DNA of 64,000 nucleotides from Fistulifera solaris (taxonomy: Eukaryota): contig AP026140.1 of NCBI GenBank assembly GCA_030295235.1, positions 620,001 to 684,000 on the forward strand, written 5' to 3'. The notes beneath the pieces were generated by a model, which saw nothing but the letters and a program-made list of their open reading frames with translations, had not been told where the DNA came from and searched no databases. Both the position numbers and the translations under genes were made by a program. Shown here piece after piece: positions 1 through 11,655 of the stretch. Positions within the stretch are counted from its first letter, which is position 1. Every line of letters begins with the position of its first letter.

Positions 1-13
1 ATCAGCCTCTCCC

Positions 14-1848
14 GTGGCGTATACGGCGAAGGAATACGGTGCTCAGCCCGACAATACTCAGGCCGAAAGTAAGCTCCCGTCTAAGAAAAGCATGGAATCA
101 GGTGATGCCTTTGAAAGAGAGAATTCGGCATTCGGGGACGGGTACTCTCTGCACTCCCGTCCAAGCCAATCAACTTCCCATCGTCATCTAGATGACGAGA
201 TTGAGGTCGACTATGATCATGGGGCAACGGATCTTTACCGTCGCATCGAAAACAAGGACTGGGATGGTGCTCTCAACAGGTTGGAGTTTGCTCCCCACGA
301 GGCACGAGCCTGGGTTGCCCGCCGCGAACCATCTAGTATGAGATTGAGATGGCGTTTACTGCCCATTCACGCTGTATGTATTTTTCGCGCTCCATTGGCA
401 CTGATTGAAGCATTGATTGAGGTATATCCAGACGGCCCGATGCAAAAGGATGATCAAGGCATGCTTCCTGTCCATCTAGCTTGTCGAAATGGTGCAAGCA
501 AGGGCGTTGTCTTGACGTTACTTGAGGCATTTCCGGAGTCACTGAAGGTGAAGGATCGTAAGAATAGGACTGCAGTGGATTTGGTGGCAACTAGCGAGTC
601 CGCCAACAAGGAAGCAGTGCTTGTTGCAATTCGTCGATTTCAGAAAGAAACTCAGTATAACGGCGCTGCAACAGTAGCGACGATAGAAACAGCACCCACT
701 GTGCAGGAGGTAGACTATGAACATCGCACGACTCTCTTCCGAATGATTTTGAGGAAAGATTGGAATAATGCTTCGAGCCGAGCTGTAAGCCATCCCGAGG
801 AGGCTTGCACCTGGATAGTCACCAAGGGGTTTAACGGAAACCTACGTTTTCTTCCCCTTCACAAAGCTTGCGTCCTGCAACCACCTGACTCGATCGTAAC
901 CGGTCTGTTGAAAGCATTTCCAGAGGGAGCAAAAAATACGGACCAAGACGGATGGCTTCCCCTGCATTGCGCGTGCTTTTATGGAGCTAGCGAGCATGTC
1001 GTCAACGCTCTTTTGTTTGCGTATTCTAAAGGAGCCCAGACCAAAGACGACGAAGGTCGTTTGCCTCTTCATTATGCCTGTATCAAAGGAGCCCCGAAAG
1101 CTGTGATTGACGTTCTATTGGCAAGTTTTTCTCGCGGGGCCATGGTCAAGGATGATGAAGGTCGACTAGCTCTTCACCATGCGTGTAGCAAAAATGCAGA
1201 GGACTCCGTTATCGAAGCGCTTCTTAAGTCATCTCCAAAGGCAGCCCAAACTAAGGATGATCAAGGGCGTCTTGCCTTGCATCATGCTTGTCGCAAATGC
1301 ACAAGCGATAAGACTATTCGAACACTTTTACGAGTGTATCCGATTGCTGCGCAAATCAGAGACGACCAGGATAAGCTCCCACTCCACTATGCCTGTCAAC
1401 ACGGTGGCAAAAGGAGATCATCCAGCTGCTGCTTCAGTCGTATCCGGAATCGGTTAATGTTCCCAACGGAGTTGGGCAGACTCCCTTAGCCGAAATCAAG
1501 GCGATGAACAACCCCAAATTCGAAAGCATTGTTAGGTTGATGGAGAAGATTAAGAAGGAGCAGGATAAAAAGCGGGGTATTGAAGGCCCAAGTCCAGTTC
1601 TGGAATCAACAGTGCGTGATCTCAACGAAAAAATTCAGAACTTGGAGAAGTCGCTGGGAAAAGTCACTCTATTGGGCAAGGAAATGAAAGAAGACTTAAG
1701 GAAAGGAAAAGACCCTGTCGTGGTGATGGAAAAGTTTTCAGACGCTTTGATTGACCTAGGTAGTCGGTCAAAGACTCCTTTAAAGTCACGACAGCAGCCC
1801 GCCCCTCCCGCTAAGGGGATATTTGGTCGCGTCAAGCAGAAGGCATAG
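14..1848 (+). CDS. Ankyrin-like repeat protein; probably 5'-truncated by the window edge; frameshift near 1410 joins ORFs 14-1489 and 1504-1848
   Basis: About 8 repeats of D.(D/E)G.LPLH.AC....A...VI..LL...P..A; C-terminal coiled-coil-like segment in the second ORF. Confidence 0.85.
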
Positions 1849-2322
1849 AGAACGGATCGACGATGTTTTGTGCTGTGCAAATTGACGTTGCATATAATAT
1901 TATAGTGAGGTTAAAAGTATGGAATGTGGTAACAACTATTTATTTATCCTGAATTAACGAACTAAGAATGTTATCTACAAGAATAAAACAGCTTTTAGAT
2001 TCCCACTAGACTATTTCTGTCTAGCATGATAATCACCTCTTTTCCTAAAATAATAAGTATCTACAGTACTCGTATTCGGTATTCGGTCTTCGGTCTAGTT
2101 TTTTTGGCGATTTCAAAAATATCATCAGTCCCGGGTGTCTAAATAAGAATCGTCTATCGGAATTTCACACCTAAATATGAAACTGATTTTGAAATATGTT
2201 GTTGGTGGTATTTTCTCCTTTTCCGCGAGCACCATTCTTTAGCGACCACATCGTCTCATTTTTGGTAACAAGCCTTCCTTTCTTTTCATCGAATCATAGT
2301 ACGTAAAGCGAGCAATAACACC

Positions 2323-3039
2323 ATGAAGTTGCTGTATACGATCGTCTTCTCTCCCTTCGTTTTAGCAAGACTAAACAGTAAGGAAAGAACCGACCTTCAA
2401 AATGTCGGAACCGACCGTGATCTTCAATCTCAGTGCGCCGCTTTGATGGATCGAGTAGGCTTCAAATTCCCCTTTGTCGTTGATTGTTCATGTAAATTTG
2501 GATTTCTTTCGCTTAATTGGGAATGTAAAACGGATATTTGTCCTGAAGAGGTTGTGAAAGACGTTGGCGCTAGCTGGAATTCGACAACACTACCATTCGA
2601 CAAATGCCTCGCGCCAACATTCAAGGGTACATACGATATGAGGGATGACATTCTTCAAACAACATCATGTTCAGGTTCTAGTAACGTAACTTTTAATGCA
2701 AGTGCTATTGCCAAGGAAGCAGGAGTACCGAATCTCGCAGCGACTCTGACCACGTTGGACGCCCCAGAGATTTGTGTCACAACCAAACACAAGGCAAATG
2801 ATTTTAAGTCGTTGACTTCATGCAGTGTGACTTTCGACAACACAACTTGCCCTTGTGAGGTTTGTGAAGGAGGCAAGGAAGTGAAGCTGCTATGTCAAGA
2901 TCTTCTCGCGTCGAAATTTCCTGACATTCCGGCCGCAGCTTTGGGAATGACAACACAGTGCGTCGGAATGAACACAATTGACCCAGCGCTTCTCAATCGT
3001 ACAAAGTTCGTTGCTAGTCAACTTCAGCCTGTTCGATAA
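2323..3039 (+). CDS. Secreted cysteine-rich protein of unknown function
   Basis: Clean ORF, N-terminal hydrophobic signal, RDL(Q) propeptide-like motif, many Cys. Confidence 0.7.
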   Translation: MKLLYTIVFSPFVLARLNSKERTDLQNVGTDRDLQSQCAALMDRVGFKFPFVVDCSCKFGFLSLNWECKTDICPEEVVKDVGASWNSTTLPFDKCLAPTFKGTYDMRDDILQTTSCSGSSNVTFNASAIAKEAGVPNLAATLTTLDAPEICVTTKHKANDFKSLTSCSVTFDNTTCPCEVCEGGKEVKLLCQDLLASKFPDIPAAALGMTTQCVGMNTIDPALLNRTKFVASQLQPVR

Positions 3040-3152
3040 TTTCCACACGTGTTTTGAGAAAATAGAAAGTAAAGTACTTAAGACACTTTCTGGGCATGAT
3101 TTTTAGCGCGTGGTAAGTTTGCACATGGTATCTGACTTGGTTCTTCGTCAAA

Positions 3153-4956
3153 TTAGTTCCAGCATCGCATTAGCAGCAAAGCTAAAATTAAGAAGCGTTT
3201 TCCGCCGCGTGGTAGCAGTAATGGAGCACCTCCACTGGTGGTGTCGGTGTCGGAAAATGGGTCGTCTAGTCCGCATGCATCCGGAGCACAAGAACGCTCT
3301 TCCAGCGGTGACCCGTCGCATGGAGCATTCAGGCAGGTGCGATACCTACTTTGCTTGCCAAAGCAGCAATCATTCCAGTCAGTCCAATTGCCCCAAGTGA
3401 CCTCGGTGGTAGAGACATTTAACGCCATACATGCATCATACGTTGTCGGGAAATGACTCTCACAGCAAATATCCATTTTCTCATAAAATGATTGAGCTGT
3501 CGACAGGACTTCGATATTATCAACAACCTCACATCTACGAGTGGATGATATCGGAAAGAAACATTGCTCCAAGCCATCATCCCGTGTGCACTCCTGTTCC
3601 TCGAAAAACGGCCCATTACATGGAGGGGTTTCACACGCACGGACACGATTCTGCATCCCGAAACAGCATACACTCCAGTCGCCAAATTCACCCCACCCGC
3701 TGTTATTTGTGGTAGTGTTGTTACATGTATCAACAGTACAAGTCTCTTCCCTCCATAGAAGGGCCTTCACATGATGACTCGTCACTAAAGTTCGAAGGAA
3801 ATAGAAACTCACATTCGCGAAAACGCTGTTGCGTGCCATTGCAACATGGTCCCCATTCGCTCCACTCACTCCAGTTAGCAATGACGGCTGTCTCGCGGCA
3901 AGTGTCGGGTGTACACGTCGTCTGCTCCAACGCTTCGCCCTGACAATCCTCACCACCAGCGGCCGGCAGTGGATTGTCGCACGTACGATTCCGCGACTGC
4001 ACTCCATAGCAGCATTCGGACCAGTCACCCCATTCGCTCCAATTTCCATCCACCACCGATATGCAGGTGTCGGGAAAACACGTTTGATTTTCCGTAGCTT
4101 CACCATCGCATTCGATGATGACATTACTTTCCGCTTCGGAGTTGTTGCAAGTACGGAATCGTGATTGCGTTCCGTTGCAGCATTCGGTCCAATCGGAAAA
4201 GTCTGACCAACCGTCCACTACAATCACAATGTTGCAAGTATTCGGAGAGCAGTTGATTTCTTCGAGAGCAAGTCCGTCACAGCCAATCCCATTTGGGTCA
4301 GTGCAAGTTCGGTTGCGCGATTGTCGATTGTTGCAACAAGGAGTATAATCATTCCAGTCGGACCAATTGTCGCCCTCATCGACAACGTCGTCCTCATCCA
4401 CAGGAAGACACGTATTATTGCTCGCCGAAAACTCAGCAGCACAGCATTCTTCCAAGGTTTCATAAAGAGTATCTTCCGAGGGAGAAAAACGGATCGACGA
4501 CCGTACATAAGGTCGTCGATGCCGAGTAACAAACATCTTCTCGACTACAAGCCACGACTTGCGCGGACGATCCCTCGCAGGTCTCATTTAAACAAGTTCT
4601 CGTTTGTACTTGCACTTGCTCACAACACACCGTACTATTCTCCCAGGCGGACCATCCGCCATTTCCGCAACTTTCGTCATCGGGACTGCAGTAAAATTCA
4701 ATTCCGACGGACCGACACACGCATCCTCGGCCAGGCACGTACGGAATTTGGTTTGAAATCCTTCACAACAAGGCGTAATCACTTCCCATTCCGACCAGTT
4801 GGAGAGCGCATCGGTCTGCCGTCGTTTTAGTGAGCCGGAATATGATCTATTTGCCCATGAAAAGCCATGATAAAAACATACCTCTTGTGCCCACGCTGGG
4901 GAGAGACTCAAAATGCGCGTGAGTAGAAGCGAATGAAACAAGAAGCTCCCTTTCAT
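3153..4956 (-). CDS. Thrombospondin type-1 (TSP1) repeat surface protein, probably GPI- or membrane-anchored; in-frame intron 4881-4816; about 3 frameshifts
   Basis: Joining ORFs 4588-4956, 4460-4738, 3730-4587 and 3153-4124 gives a signal peptide, 8 WxxW..CC..Q.R.R.C repeats and a hydrophobic C-terminal tail. Confidence 0.85.
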
Positions 4957-5476
4957 ACTTTCAATTAAAAGAGTTCATGCATGTGAAAAGCACAGGATCT
5001 GCAAAAATGAGGCGGTGCAGAAAGAGATCTGGTTCGTGGAATGGTGGAGGGAGTGGCCTTGTACAGCAAGGTGGATAGTAGAGAAATAGAAATCGTTCTC
5101 ACGGTTTTATCGACGGTTTTTACTTAATTGAAAGAAAATTACTTAGAAGAATCAGTGGAGGGAATGTCAGTCATGCGCTCGAAGAGGTACCTGTGCGACA
5201 TTCTCGGCACTAAAAATTTGGCGACGAAAAAACTGGTCCCCATTTTTCTGAAACACGACTGACCAGTTTGCGTTGGCAAAATAATAATGTAAACTGCTCC
5301 GCACCAGTTTGCAGCATTGCAAAGCTTCACATAACAAGAAGATGTTTGAATCACATGGAAACTGCTCTCGCGTCCGGTTGGATGCCAAGAGCATCAAACC
5401 TCTCCTGCACTTGTCTTTCTTCTCACAAAAAAATCAAGGAACGAAAAACTTCTCACAGCACAACATCTTAACCATC

Positions 5477-6121
5477 ATGACACCGTTCAGCACCTCGACC
5501 ATGTCTCGGATCTACTTGACTTTGTGGATGCTCCTGAGCATCGTACGCAACGCGACTTCCGAACGTTCGTGCGGTGTTTCCTTTTCACCCTGCCCCAGCG
5601 GATGCTGGAATCCCACTTCTCAAGTGCAAGCCGACGGCCTTCGCATTTGCGAGATTGTGTCGCCCGGCTTTTACAGTCCCGACAGCGATGATGCGCAATA
5701 CGCTTGCGAGACCAATCCCAGTGCCTGCAATCCTTGCCCGAAACAAGGATTTCTACGGGGTATTACAGGTTGCTCGTCCGAACAAGACAAAGAGCAGATG
5801 AACAACAACTTTACCATGGCGCCCGCCACGGAGGAAGAGGAAGTTCCCAAAGATGGCGAAGAAAAGTTAAACAACAAACAAATGAGCAAGTTCTTGTACG
5901 CCCTGATCTTTTCGCTCCTGATGATTGGCTGCATCTACATCCGAGCCCGCATTGTCGATTGCCGAACACGTCAAAAGAATCGCAGAACGAGACCGATTCC
6001 TCCCCCGCCGACGGACCCGAAACCAAAAGCGGCACAAATTGCCGTTTTGACTGATTCAGAAGAACTCAGTCGTCCGGCGGTTGTTGAAAGCAGCGTTGAA
6101 AAGGACGTTGAGCAAGGATAA
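5477..6121 (+). CDS. Single-pass membrane protein with a small Cys-rich ectodomain
   Basis: Signal peptide, CPSGC...CEIVSPGFYSP...CNPCP motif, TM helix FLYALIFSLLMIGCIYI, basic/Pro-rich tail. Confidence 0.65.
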   Translation: MTPFSTSTMSRIYLTLWMLLSIVRNATSERSCGVSFSPCPSGCWNPTSQVQADGLRICEIVSPGFYSPDSDDAQYACETNPSACNPCPKQGFLRGITGCSSEQDKEQMNNNFTMAPATEEEEVPKDGEEKLNNKQMSKFLYALIFSLLMIGCIYIRARIVDCRTRQKNRRTRPIPPPPTDPKPKAAQIAVLTDSEELSRPAVVESSVEKDVEQG

Positions 6122-6741
6122 GAGCAAAAAACACTAAGTAAATAAAATGAAATTACAAGATAATTGACACTATAACTATAGACTGCAATAAAACCAATAT
6201 TGCTGATTATTGACTGGGTTGCATCGGGTGATTGGTACAAAAGGGATACGGTAAATAAGGGTTAACGAACATTTCTTCTAGAGAACATTGATACAGGACC
6301 GGACCCCTCTACTTACGGAATAGAACCCCGTGATGCAAGTAGACCAACAAAGAAGAAACGACAAGAAAAAATCACCAAAACGTGAACGTTGCGTTGACTC
6401 TTAGGTTGTCGCGAAACTATCAAGGACGTACAAGAGACTATACTATGAAGAATTACAAAACAAGACTGTTTCGTGAGTGATAGTATAGACCTAATAATCA
6501 TCGTGCTCACGAACGGGGTCCGCGCAGGTCCGCGTTCCGCGCGCGAGACTGCGGACCACTGTCATTGACAATAGCAACGGAAAACAGGAGAGTGCGCCAT
6601 GCTCGGTTGACGCGTATTTACAGGACATCGCTTAAGTATTATCACAACGGAAAGTGTGACAGTCGAGGTTCGCGCCACTCGATACTTTCGAGTGGATACA
6701 AGTTCTCGCGGCTCCGAAAGCTGCTCCGGATGACGACGGGG

Positions 6742-6965
6742 AGAATCTCCACAGCGAATCTTCGGGCCGCCGCCGTCGACGCGGCGCATCCACTCGTCAG
6801 TTTCTATTATATTCAACTCATCTCACTTCCGATAGCATTGGTGAGATCCTGTCAAAGAGCGCAAGCGTCAACAGACTGGAATACAATTGAAGAAAGGAGC
6901 ACGAACATGATGTTGATGGGTACGTTTTCACTGCACGTTCGATCTGCCGATAAATAATGAATCTT
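6742..6965 (+). promoter_or_regulatory. Candidate PSR (phosphorus starvation response) boxes upstream of the betaine lipid synthase
   Basis: CGAATCTT at 6755-6762 and TGAATCTT at 6958-6965 fit YGAATCTH; near match AGAATCTC at 6742-6749. Confidence 0.5.
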
Positions 6966-7038
6966 CCGAGTATCGGCAAAATGTCTTTTTTCTTTCTCTT
7001 TTGTATCACTCACACACGTATTTGATTCAGACACAATC

Positions 7039-9105
7039 ATGTCGTCGGAGTGGTTCAATCCGTACACGGCCGTCGGTGGCAGTGTCGCCATGTTTTACAT
7101 TTTACGCAAACTGCTGAAAGAAAGTTTCAACATGATTGATACGATTTGCAACCGCACGTACATTTACAACATTTGTTGGGAAGATCCGGCGGTCGATCAC
7201 CAAATCCTCAAAATTAAAAGCGACGACGTCATTTTCCGCATTTGCAGTGCGGGTGACATTGTGCTGGATTACGCCATTGAAGGACCTTCCAAGATTGTCG
7301 TCTGTGACATGAATCAGCATCAATTGTGGCTCTTTGAGCTCAAAATCCGCATGTTGCGCGATCCCAATCTCACCTACGACGAGTGGTGGGGTATTTGGGG
7401 ATCGTCGGATGTCAACGTGGCCATGAAAGTCTGGAAACGGATGCGTCATACTATGTCGGGCGGAGGTCGCAAGTGGTGGGACGGACGAATTGAACGGGTC
7501 TTTCGCAAGGGCTTTGCGACGTCGGGCTCGACCGGTTTCGCGGCCAAGTTCTTGATCCCCTGGCTCATGTACGTGGTCGGATTTGATATCAAAGCTTGGG
7601 CGGAAACTGGTTTCAGCCACGAGTTTATCTCCAAGAATTATCAAATGATTGAGCGATCGGCTTGGTGGTTCCGTCGTTTGTTTCCTGGAATTCTGGCGCC
7701 GTTTGCGGGAGTTCCTCCCAACCAAATCGGACCCGAATTCTATACCACCGAGTTTTATGAAGGTATTTTGCGTGAAATCTTTTTGGATCCGGATTTTGGT
7801 ACGACCAATTACTTTTACCGTTTCTACTACGAGAAGGGTTACAAAGATCAAACCTGCTGCCCTCGCACTTTGCAGAAGGAGCATTTTGAAGCCTTGCGAG
7901 CGAATGCCTCTTGCTTTGAGTGGCACCATGCGACAGTCCAGGAAACGATGGAACGTGTTGCCCCTCGAACGTTCACCAAGTTGGTTCTCCTCGATCACAT
8001 GGATTGGATGCCCAACTCTATCGTGCACGACGAGTGGATTGCATTGCAGCGTGCCTCTGTACCAGGTGCTCAGGTGCTGTGGCGCTCGGCTTTCACTAAA
8101 ATGGATGACAAGCCATTTTTTAATAACCTCGACATTAAAGATCTGAGCCCTCAGTGGTACAGCAAGGATCGTGTCAAGATGTACCCTGGCACATTTGAAT
8201 GTTACATGCCGATCAATCCCTTCCCATTCGTCGATCCGGAGCCATCGCCCTGCCAGAAGGCTTCGTTCGCTCGCAAGGTCAAAACAACGACCAAGATGAT
8301 TTTGCACCCTCTTACAGCCGGAAGAGTGGATGCCCACGGAGACAAAATGTCTTCATTCTATGCAGAGCAAGCAAAGGGATACGATGCGGTTCGAGAGAAT
8401 ATGCTGGTGGCACGACCCGAGATGATTTCTGGTTTTGGACCTATCAAGCAGGGACACACATGGCTCGACATTGGAGGTGGTACAGGACGAAATTTGCATT
8501 ACTTGCGTGCCCAGCTCGATAACTTTGAACGTATCGTGGTTCTTGATATCTGTCCGGAGCTTTTGGAAATCGGGGAAGAATCGGCCCGTCGCTCGTTCAC
8601 CCCGGCTCAGTGCGAAAAGATCAGCTGGTTATGTTTGGATATCAATGCTAAAAATGTTCGACAAGAACTAGCCAAACATCTAAACAATGACTTGCATCGT
8701 GGCTTTGATACCATCTCGTTCAGTTATTCACTCAGCATGATCCCGGAATGGCAGACTGCCCTACTGTCTGCTCGTAATCTCATGTCGGAAGACGGACGTG
8801 TGATTATTTCAGACTTTGATACTTACACGCATGAAGGAAAATCGTGGAAGGACTGGGCCATTCGCACCTGGTACAAACAAGACGGCGTCCGCATCGAAGC
8901 AAAGACCCGAGAGTACATCACGGAGACAGCGTTCCCCAGTGATCGTTTTGTGGTAACCATGGCACGCTTCCAGCGCAAGCTTGCCGGGGTCTGGATTCCT
9001 CACTATGTCATGTGTTGCCGTAAAGAGACAATTACAACGTCGAATGGTCTGCGACGTCCTTCGGCGTCGAATTTGATGGCACTTGACGAGAAGAAAAGCG
9101 ATTAA
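7039..9105 (+). CDS. BTA1: Betaine lipid (DGTS) synthase: BtaA-like (DUF3419) domain followed by BtaB-like SAM methyltransferase
   Basis: YIYNICWEDPAVD, ICSAGD, NYFY, LLDHMDWM and RVKMY motifs (BtaA); FYAEQAKGYD, WLDIGGGTG and FSYSLSMIP motifs (BtaB). Confidence 0.9.
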   Translation: MSSEWFNPYTAVGGSVAMFYILRKLLKESFNMIDTICNRTYIYNICWEDPAVDHQILKIKSDDVIFRICSAGDIVLDYAIEGPSKIVVCDMNQHQLWLFELKIRMLRDPNLTYDEWWGIWGSSDVNVAMKVWKRMRHTMSGGGRKWWDGRIERVFRKGFATSGSTGFAAKFLIPWLMYVVGFDIKAWAETGFSHEFISKNYQMIERSAWWFRRLFPGILAPFAGVPPNQIGPEFYTTEFYEGILREIFLDPDFGTTNYFYRFYYEKGYKDQTCCPRTLQKEHFEALRANASCFEWHHATVQETMERVAPRTFTKLVLLDHMDWMPNSIVHDEWIALQRASVPGAQVLWRSAFTKMDDKPFFNNLDIKDLSPQWYSKDRVKMYPGTFECYMPINPFPFVDPEPSPCQKASFARKVKTTTKMILHPLTAGRVDAHGDKMSSFYAEQAKGYDAVRENMLVARPEMISGFGPIKQGHTWLDIGGGTGRNLHYLRAQLDNFERIVVLDICPELLEIGEESARRSFTPAQCEKISWLCLDINAKNVRQELAKHLNNDLHRGFDTISFSYSLSMIPEWQTALLSARNLMSEDGRVIISDFDTYTHEGKSWKDWAIRTWYKQDGVRIEAKTREYITETAFPSDRFVVTMARFQRKLAGVWIPHYVMCCRKETITTSNGLRRPSASNLMALDEKKSD

Positions 9106-9279
9106 GCGCCCAGTATTACTGAACAACAACGTACGCTTTAGTGATAGGCAGCTATAATACGAAACTAAACTGATTTTGTATAATTCAAAAACGTAATTCA
9201 GATCTAAACAATAGATTCGTAATTTCAGTCTATAATGCGTAGCGTCGTATGTCTTGTTGTATGACTATTGGATACGGTT

Positions 9280-11033
9280 TCATTCTTCAAAGTCGAGCAC
9301 TTTTCGTGGTGGCAATTCGGACGCATCACTCAAAGAAACCACGACCACGCTCATATTATCACGGGAACCCAAGTTGAGGCATTCCTGCAAAAGTTTATCG
9401 GCAACATCGACCAGGGCTACCTTGGACTGCTTTGCTTCAGTCGTCATGTTCTGCAAAACAAAGTCACCCACTTGTTGGGGAGACATGACATCCCAGATAC
9501 CATCGCAGGCTACAACCATAAATAAATCATCCTTGGATCGCTGCCGTACCACCACGTCCGGAACCGCCACTACTGCTTGCTCATCGGCGGGCAGATCTTT
9601 GTTGGTTTTGTATTCAAAATCACCAAAGGCTCGTGATGTCGCCAACAAATTTTCTTTCGACAAGGCTACTTTGTACAAAGTCTGAACGGTTCCGTCTTCC
9701 TCGTACTTTTCTTCCACCACCGAAAGACCCGCGGCTTCAATTCGGGCTTGTTCGGCTGGCAGATTCGGTTTGTGATCCTGCGTCAAGGAAATCACTCTCA
9801 TTTGTTCGTGCAAAGCAAGTGCGGCCATTTCTGGAATCGGGTTGTCGGAACTTTCTTCTTCTTCGGGTACACCCTTTTGAATGAGAATACAGCGACTATC
9901 CCCCACGTTCGCCACCACAATATGGTCCGGCGTGAGAAACGCGATCGACGCGGTTGAACCACCCAATCGCGACGTTTTCTTCAAATCCGCATCAATTTCC
10001 AGAGACGTATTTTTCCACCAGTCTTCGGTAAGGGCATCCAAGGTCACACGTTTCTGCAGCTGTTCCGCCACAAACTTCGATACCTTTCCTCCATCGCCGT
10101 GACCATCACAAACGGCCGCCAACAGAACGCCATCCTCATACGCCTTGGTGACAATTGCATCCTCCATGGTGATCCGATGACCCGGCATATCGGCCCAGGC
10201 CGCCATCAATGGCGTCGCCACGGTCACACGCAATCGTTGGGGCTGCGGAGATCCCAAAATGGACAGATCGTTGGCTTGATACAACGAACGCACCAATTTC
10301 CGGGCCGACGGTTCCGGACTCAACAACGCACTCCCGTACGCCGTCCGCAAATTCAAATCAAGCGGTGGTGTCGGATACAGCGGCCGCAAAAATTCCAAAA
10401 CGGCGGCACTACCTTTTTCGGCACAAATGTGCAAGGCCGTCCGACCCAAGAAATCCCGTTGTTGCAATTGCACTTCGACGGGTCCTAATTCCAGCAAAGT
10501 TGCGCCGCCAAAAGATTGTCGGATAGAGCCGCCGCCATGAGTGGCGTAAAACCATCGGGTGGATAATTCATGTTATACGCGCGTGTTTCTGTGAACAAGT
10601 CGGGATTGTTTTCCAATAAAGCCGTGATGCGAAGTTTGCTCTTTTCCCTCTTGTCTTTGGCTTTTTCGGTCTTGGCTTCGGTATTGTTAGTACAAAATTC
10701 GAGTACTTTTTTGGCATTTTTCGTCCCATCACTGGCTTCGCCCAATTTGGATGCCGTGGTTTTGGCGCATTCGAGCACCAGTTGTTCGATCTGTCGCAAC
10801 TGATCGTCGCGGACGGTGGGATGTTGCGTCCGTGGCGTTTGCGTGGCGATTTGTTGACATTTTTCACACACTGACGGGAAAGCCGAAGCAGGCGGTACTT
10901 TATTTGTAGTTTTCGTGCTGGGAGCCACGAAGGAAAAGATCGTTTGCTCCAGCTCTTCGGGTTGGGGTTTGTAATTTTTATCCGGAGCCACAAATTGCCC
11001 TAAACCTCGTTCCAACCATTTTCCGGCAAACAT
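9280..11033 (-). CDS. Ankyrin-repeat plus PP2C/PPM protein phosphatase; frameshift near 10495
   Basis: DGFTPLMAAA and GRTALHICA ankyrin motifs; RITMED, DGHG, ANVGDSR, DHKP, SRAFGD, ACDGIWDV and GSRDN motifs. Confidence 0.9.
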
Positions 11034-11430
11034 TTTCTTCAACAAATCCCTTTGACAAGTAATCAAGATGGGTAAATAGGGTAAGTGCTGAAGGTGTTGA
11101 AAGGTAAAAAGCTCCCACAGATTCGTTCGTTCAATGACAATGATGGAAGAATGACGAGAAGCAGTAGGTGCTCCATCGTCGCGATGAGGATGCAAACGGC
11201 TTTCAAATTCAATTAAATGTCTGTGCGGTTCTGTATTTTGCGCGGCGGCGAGGTCCTAGCTGACAGGCGCGCGTCTGAGCGGACGGTGGGCAGACGTCGG
11301 TCTTGTTGATGAAAACAAAGAGTAATCGCGATCTACCGTTTCCCTTCTGAGCGTACCAGATACGTCGTACAACTGATCCTCGTGTTAGACAAGCATAGTA
11401 GAGAAAGTAATACTATAAAGGACAAGTTTC

Positions 11431-11450
11431 AAAAAAAAAAAAAAAAAAAA
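11431..11450. repeat. Poly(A) tract of about 20 nt
   Basis: Directly visible. Confidence 0.9.
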
Positions 11451-11655
11451 ATAATAAGTAGGTTAATGAAAAAGTTGACGCTGCGTTTGTTGTTGTGGTT
11501 GATGTTGCTGTCAAAGAAAGAAACAACCAATAGAACCCAACACCTTCTCCATAATAGAGTCAGACGTGTGTCACACAATCGCATCAGCCGGCAAGAGTGA
11601 CTTGGTCTCACATTTTTTTAAGCGAAAGCACCAGTAAAAAAGGAAACATTTCATC

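Noticed and set aside
7102..8337. 411-aa antisense ORF over BTA1 (similarly 17369-18418 over ASS1 and 21173-22057)
   Set aside because: Shadow ORFs produced by codon bias of the sense gene; no recognisable motifs
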